A DNA stretch of 64,000 nt from the NCBI RefSeq assembly GCF_963853765.1, contig NC_088854.1:44578001-44642000 (forward strand), written 5' to 3'. Origin of the DNA: Magallana gigas. Lineage: Eukaryota. The notes under the pieces are model-generated. The model saw only the letters and a list, made by a program, of their open reading frames with translations. It was not told where the DNA came from and searched no databases. Numbering within the stretch: position 1 is the first letter of the stretch; every line of letters begins with the position of its first letter. Both the position numbers and the translations under genes were made by a program. Of this stretch, positions 60,601-64,000 are shown piece after piece.

Positions 60601-62087
60601 ATTTCTCAATTTAAATTGAACGCAAAAACAGTGCCATATATGTTTCTGAATCGTTCAAACAGGCAAAGAAAGAGAGAAAAAAAAACTAGGTTAATCAACA
60701 AGTATACCTGTTTGACGTCATCCTATTATCCAACAAATGTTATTATTAAAAAGAAACAGGTACCATAGTGCAGTACTAGAACGCAGGGTTCTGATGTAGA
60801 ATTTTAGATCACCGTCGCTTTGGTGTTCTCTACACAGGGGAAGTCCAACAGTTTTGTTCTTTAAGCTACACAGGTTTTCTTGCGTATTTATTACAGAATA
60901 AATAATGATATACGTTGTTGACAGGGAACCAGTGGATTGATTTGGACTGAACGACATACGGAAATGGAGCCCGCAACACGCGGAAGGTCTGCAGAATCAA
61001 TTGAGGGCATCTCCAATATCTAATCGAAAAGAAAATTGCACACTTAATCGTTTATCATTTGTTATTTTCCAGAAAAACAAATGCCAAATGGCCAAAAAAC
61101 GTATCTCATAAATAAAGCCAAAAACTGTTCGTATTTTGAAAGCAAGTAGCCTCTAATTGAGAATAATTATTCCTTCGAATTGCCTGCAATATCAAAGTGT
61201 GTTATGCTGTGACTGAAATATTAAACGGTTGACAAATGAATGGAGTGCACATAAAAGAATATATCGATCCATGCAGTATCAGGATAGACACAGGGAGAGT
61301 TCCTTTCTAATCCTCACTCCTCCCCTAGCCAGTGTAGATGCAGCTTCAGCAACTCCAATAACACCGGACCCAGGTGAGTCGGGGAGGGGTGTGAAGGGGA
61401 TCTTTAAAAAAAAACATTTTGCCTTTTACTTCTGATAAGCCCATTGCATACCGACTGTTATACTATGCTACACTCATATAAATTTGTCGTCAGGTCGGTT
61501 TTTATAACAGATGTCGCATTTTAATCTGTTTATCTAGTTATATTTTACTCCTACGACCTTCGTTGTTATTTTTTAATGTTGAGACAACAAACATCGTTAT
61601 TACGAACTAATTTTATGATCGGTCTGCAGCAAACCCCTTTGGAAATATGTCTCCAGTATAATGGCGTCTCCGCTACCGTCGAAATTTGTTTCCTTCAATT
61701 TGCACAAGACATGTCTGTAAACTAAACGGTATTTATATAGTCTCAAAGCTGCGCCACGAGAGTATATTAAAGCCGAATATAGGAATATACCTAGACGACT
61801 TCTATTTCTTTCAAGAATCAAAGTACTGAAGAACTGACGGGAGTTGATTTTATCGATTATCATTTATTTTAAAATCAATTTATCTTGCATGGCAATTAGT
61901 TTCTAGTCTGTATTTGAATTAAGCACTTTTTCATACTATGAATTTTTAGACTTTTCCGGCAAGAATTTCAAGAAACTTCATATGGCTCATGTTGTTTAAA
62001 ATATAAAGATAGATCTCAAACTATGTATTAGTAATTGAAACAATTCTAAAAATTGTATGGATCCAAACACTATTGACATCGAACTCT

Positions 62088-62199
62088 AGTATCGTTCAAA
62101 CAGACGCTCGGCTGTCTCCGTTAATCTCCGACAAGCAAGAGAGCCTCTCTGCTTGTCGGAGATTTACGGAGACAGCCGAGCGTTTGGTTAAACGAGACT
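62088..62199. mobile_element. Short fold-back MITE
   Basis: Nearly the whole 112 nt is self-complementary: GACGCTCGGCTGTCTCCGTTAATCTCCGACAAGCA / TGCTTGTCGGAGATTTACGGAGACAGCCGAGCGTT. Confidence 0.75.
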
Positions 62200-63893
62200 T
62201 TATTAAATTCTGGCGTAGGAATACATGAGACTACAAAAAACTCTATATTGTTCGTATTATATAAAATCTGACTATTTTCAAAGTGTTTATAGATAAGTTA
62301 CCTTGAAAAACAATGCTTCAGCATACATAACATCGAATTTTTCTATCATTTTCAAAACTAAGTATTGTCAGCGGTGATGATTTGTGCTTAGGTCCAAACA
62401 CTGTTTCACTTTCGGTTTGCCAGAGTAACTGCATAGGAGAGTTGATTAAAATCAACTCCCAAAAATGATGTTAGAAAAAAAATATACTGAAGTAAAAGAA
62501 AGGTTAAAGATTTGTAAATATTTGTTACATTTTCACCACGTTGAAAATTGCAGGACACTGGATACTTATGACTGTTTCCACAACCACATATGCATGATCT
62601 GTTCACTTTCAAGTGTCTCTCCAGCTTTCCTTGATGGACAGATAGTAAAACAGACAGATACATGTACTACACCTTTAAAAAAATCAATTATTGAGCCATT
62701 GTGGGATGGTTTTAAAAGCTCTTCTTGTAATCTATAGATCAAGTTGGCTCTCATTATGTGGCTGTATGCCGTAATGCTGCATATGTTACTGATAGTCTCT
62801 GCATAGTTCAAAGCTGCAAAATTGTCATGCCTTAGTTATTTTCATGATATCTAAAATGTATTTTTAAAAATGAAAGATAGTTTTCTTTTGAAAAAGTACA
62901 AGGTATTTATTTCATTTTGTGATCAAATTTGGCACTATGTTACTACATTCACATACATGTAGTATTCTAGACTTAATGAAGTATTCATTTGCTGTTGGTT
63001 TCAAATGAAAAGTACACTAATCTATAAAATCTGGAAATTAAATGCTATTCAATGAATTCAGGATACCTTCATTTGCATAAATGTCAAATTGTTACAACAT
63101 ACTTCAATTAGTTGGGCTCACAACGTATTTCAAGGAGTTGTATTGGAGACTTAACAATGGAACACCTTAATATACTACGAGTAATTACAATTGTTTTGTT
63201 TATTGAATTGCCTCACGAATTCCCTTTGAAACAAGCCTTGAATGTTAGTATGGAAATATTATAATAATCTTTTGATCTTTTAGTATGTTGTTTGTTAGAC
63301 AAAGTTGAATGGACACAAATGCCTACAGCAGAATCATCATCATGTCTTTGGAACTGTCAATCAATATTATCATCATTATCATTAACGAAGATAATCTAAA
63401 TGCGGTGAACATTCGTTGTTATAAAACATGTAATGGCAACCTTTGACGGCATTATCTATTAGTGTTAATTTTAGTCAGTTGTTTTCACCAGGAGGAAAAA
63501 CTATACGTCGTGGAAGAGAAAGGGGAAACCAAAGAAAAGTGTATGGCATTACAAAACATTGGTAATTGGTTACAAAATGAAATGCTCCCTTTGTTTTAGT
63601 ACTCTGTGCCATCTTTGACCTCGTTTTCGATATCCTCCCACTCCGCAACGTAAAACGGAAAGTGTACAAAAAATATATTGGCCAGTAAACTTGACAATCA
63701 TCTGTGGAAGCCCCGATTGCAATGGGTTCCCTTTAGAACAATTGAAACTGCAAACAAGTGCACGAAATAAAATTAATGTGTAAATGGCTGCAATAAAAAA
63801 ATATCGATTTGTAGAGGGACTGCAGCGGGGGAAATGTCAGTGGAACAGTGTCATTTAATGGCGGGAGCGCTCTGTTTCCTGCGTTTGATTTAC

Positions 63894-64000
63894 CATTCTC
63901 TTAGATCTCGCGGCTTTAAACTGAACATTCGAGGTGTTTGTCCTGGCGCTGGAAGGCAGCTTCTCGTTCCCGCCAGAACTACTGTCGTCTGCTGAAGCTA
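63894..64000 (-). CDS. Possible coding exon of a minus-strand gene entering from beyond the window; product unknown
   Basis: GC-richer open frame ASADDSSSGGNEKLPSSARTNTSNVQFKAARSKRM ending at a candidate donor ATG|GTAAAT. No recognisable homology. Confidence 0.3.

Noticed and set aside
60920-61110. W-I-D/F-G-L-N-D...ENC fragments reminiscent of a C-type lectin domain
   Set aside because: This needs a frameshift and passes a stop, spacing does not fit the fold, and the other conserved cysteines and the WND motif are missing.

Overview
AT-rich, intron-rich animal genomic DNA. The repeat families look like those of a Pacific-oyster-type bivalve, but this is inferred and not proven. Four gene families were reconstructed by hand from GT-AG splice sites with consistent phases. 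(1) Two tandem plus-strand chitin synthase (GT2) paralogs: copy 1 is 5'-truncated by the window (<1..12301); copy 2 is complete (16260..24415, 17 coding exons, about 1700 aa, no myosin head). (2) DNAJC10/ERdj5 on the minus strand (20 coding exons, 791 aa, ending HDEL). (3) DCTN5 on the plus strand (6 coding exons, 189 aa), head-to-head with DNAJC10. (4) SMPD2 neutral sphingomyelinase on the minus strand (8 coding exons, 407 aa). Introns and intergenic DNA hold many non-autonomous transposons (TTAA-flanked Kolobok-like MITEs, TA-flanked MITEs, Helentron/HINE-like elements with ~170-bp repeats, fold-back hairpin elements), microsatellites and two 135-N assembly gaps. The most interesting biology is the chitin synthase pair. 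Both lack room or evidence for a myosin motor where this can be tested, and their divergent tails both end in a class I PDZ-type motif (T-E-F / T-N-F). They share exon-limited identical tracts suggesting gene conversion. Copy 1 has in-frame deletions in the catalytic domain, each gene has an intronic 'ghost' exon duplication, and copy 2 has an in-frame, stop-free (TATC)n intron. No rRNA, intact tRNA or CRISPR array was found.
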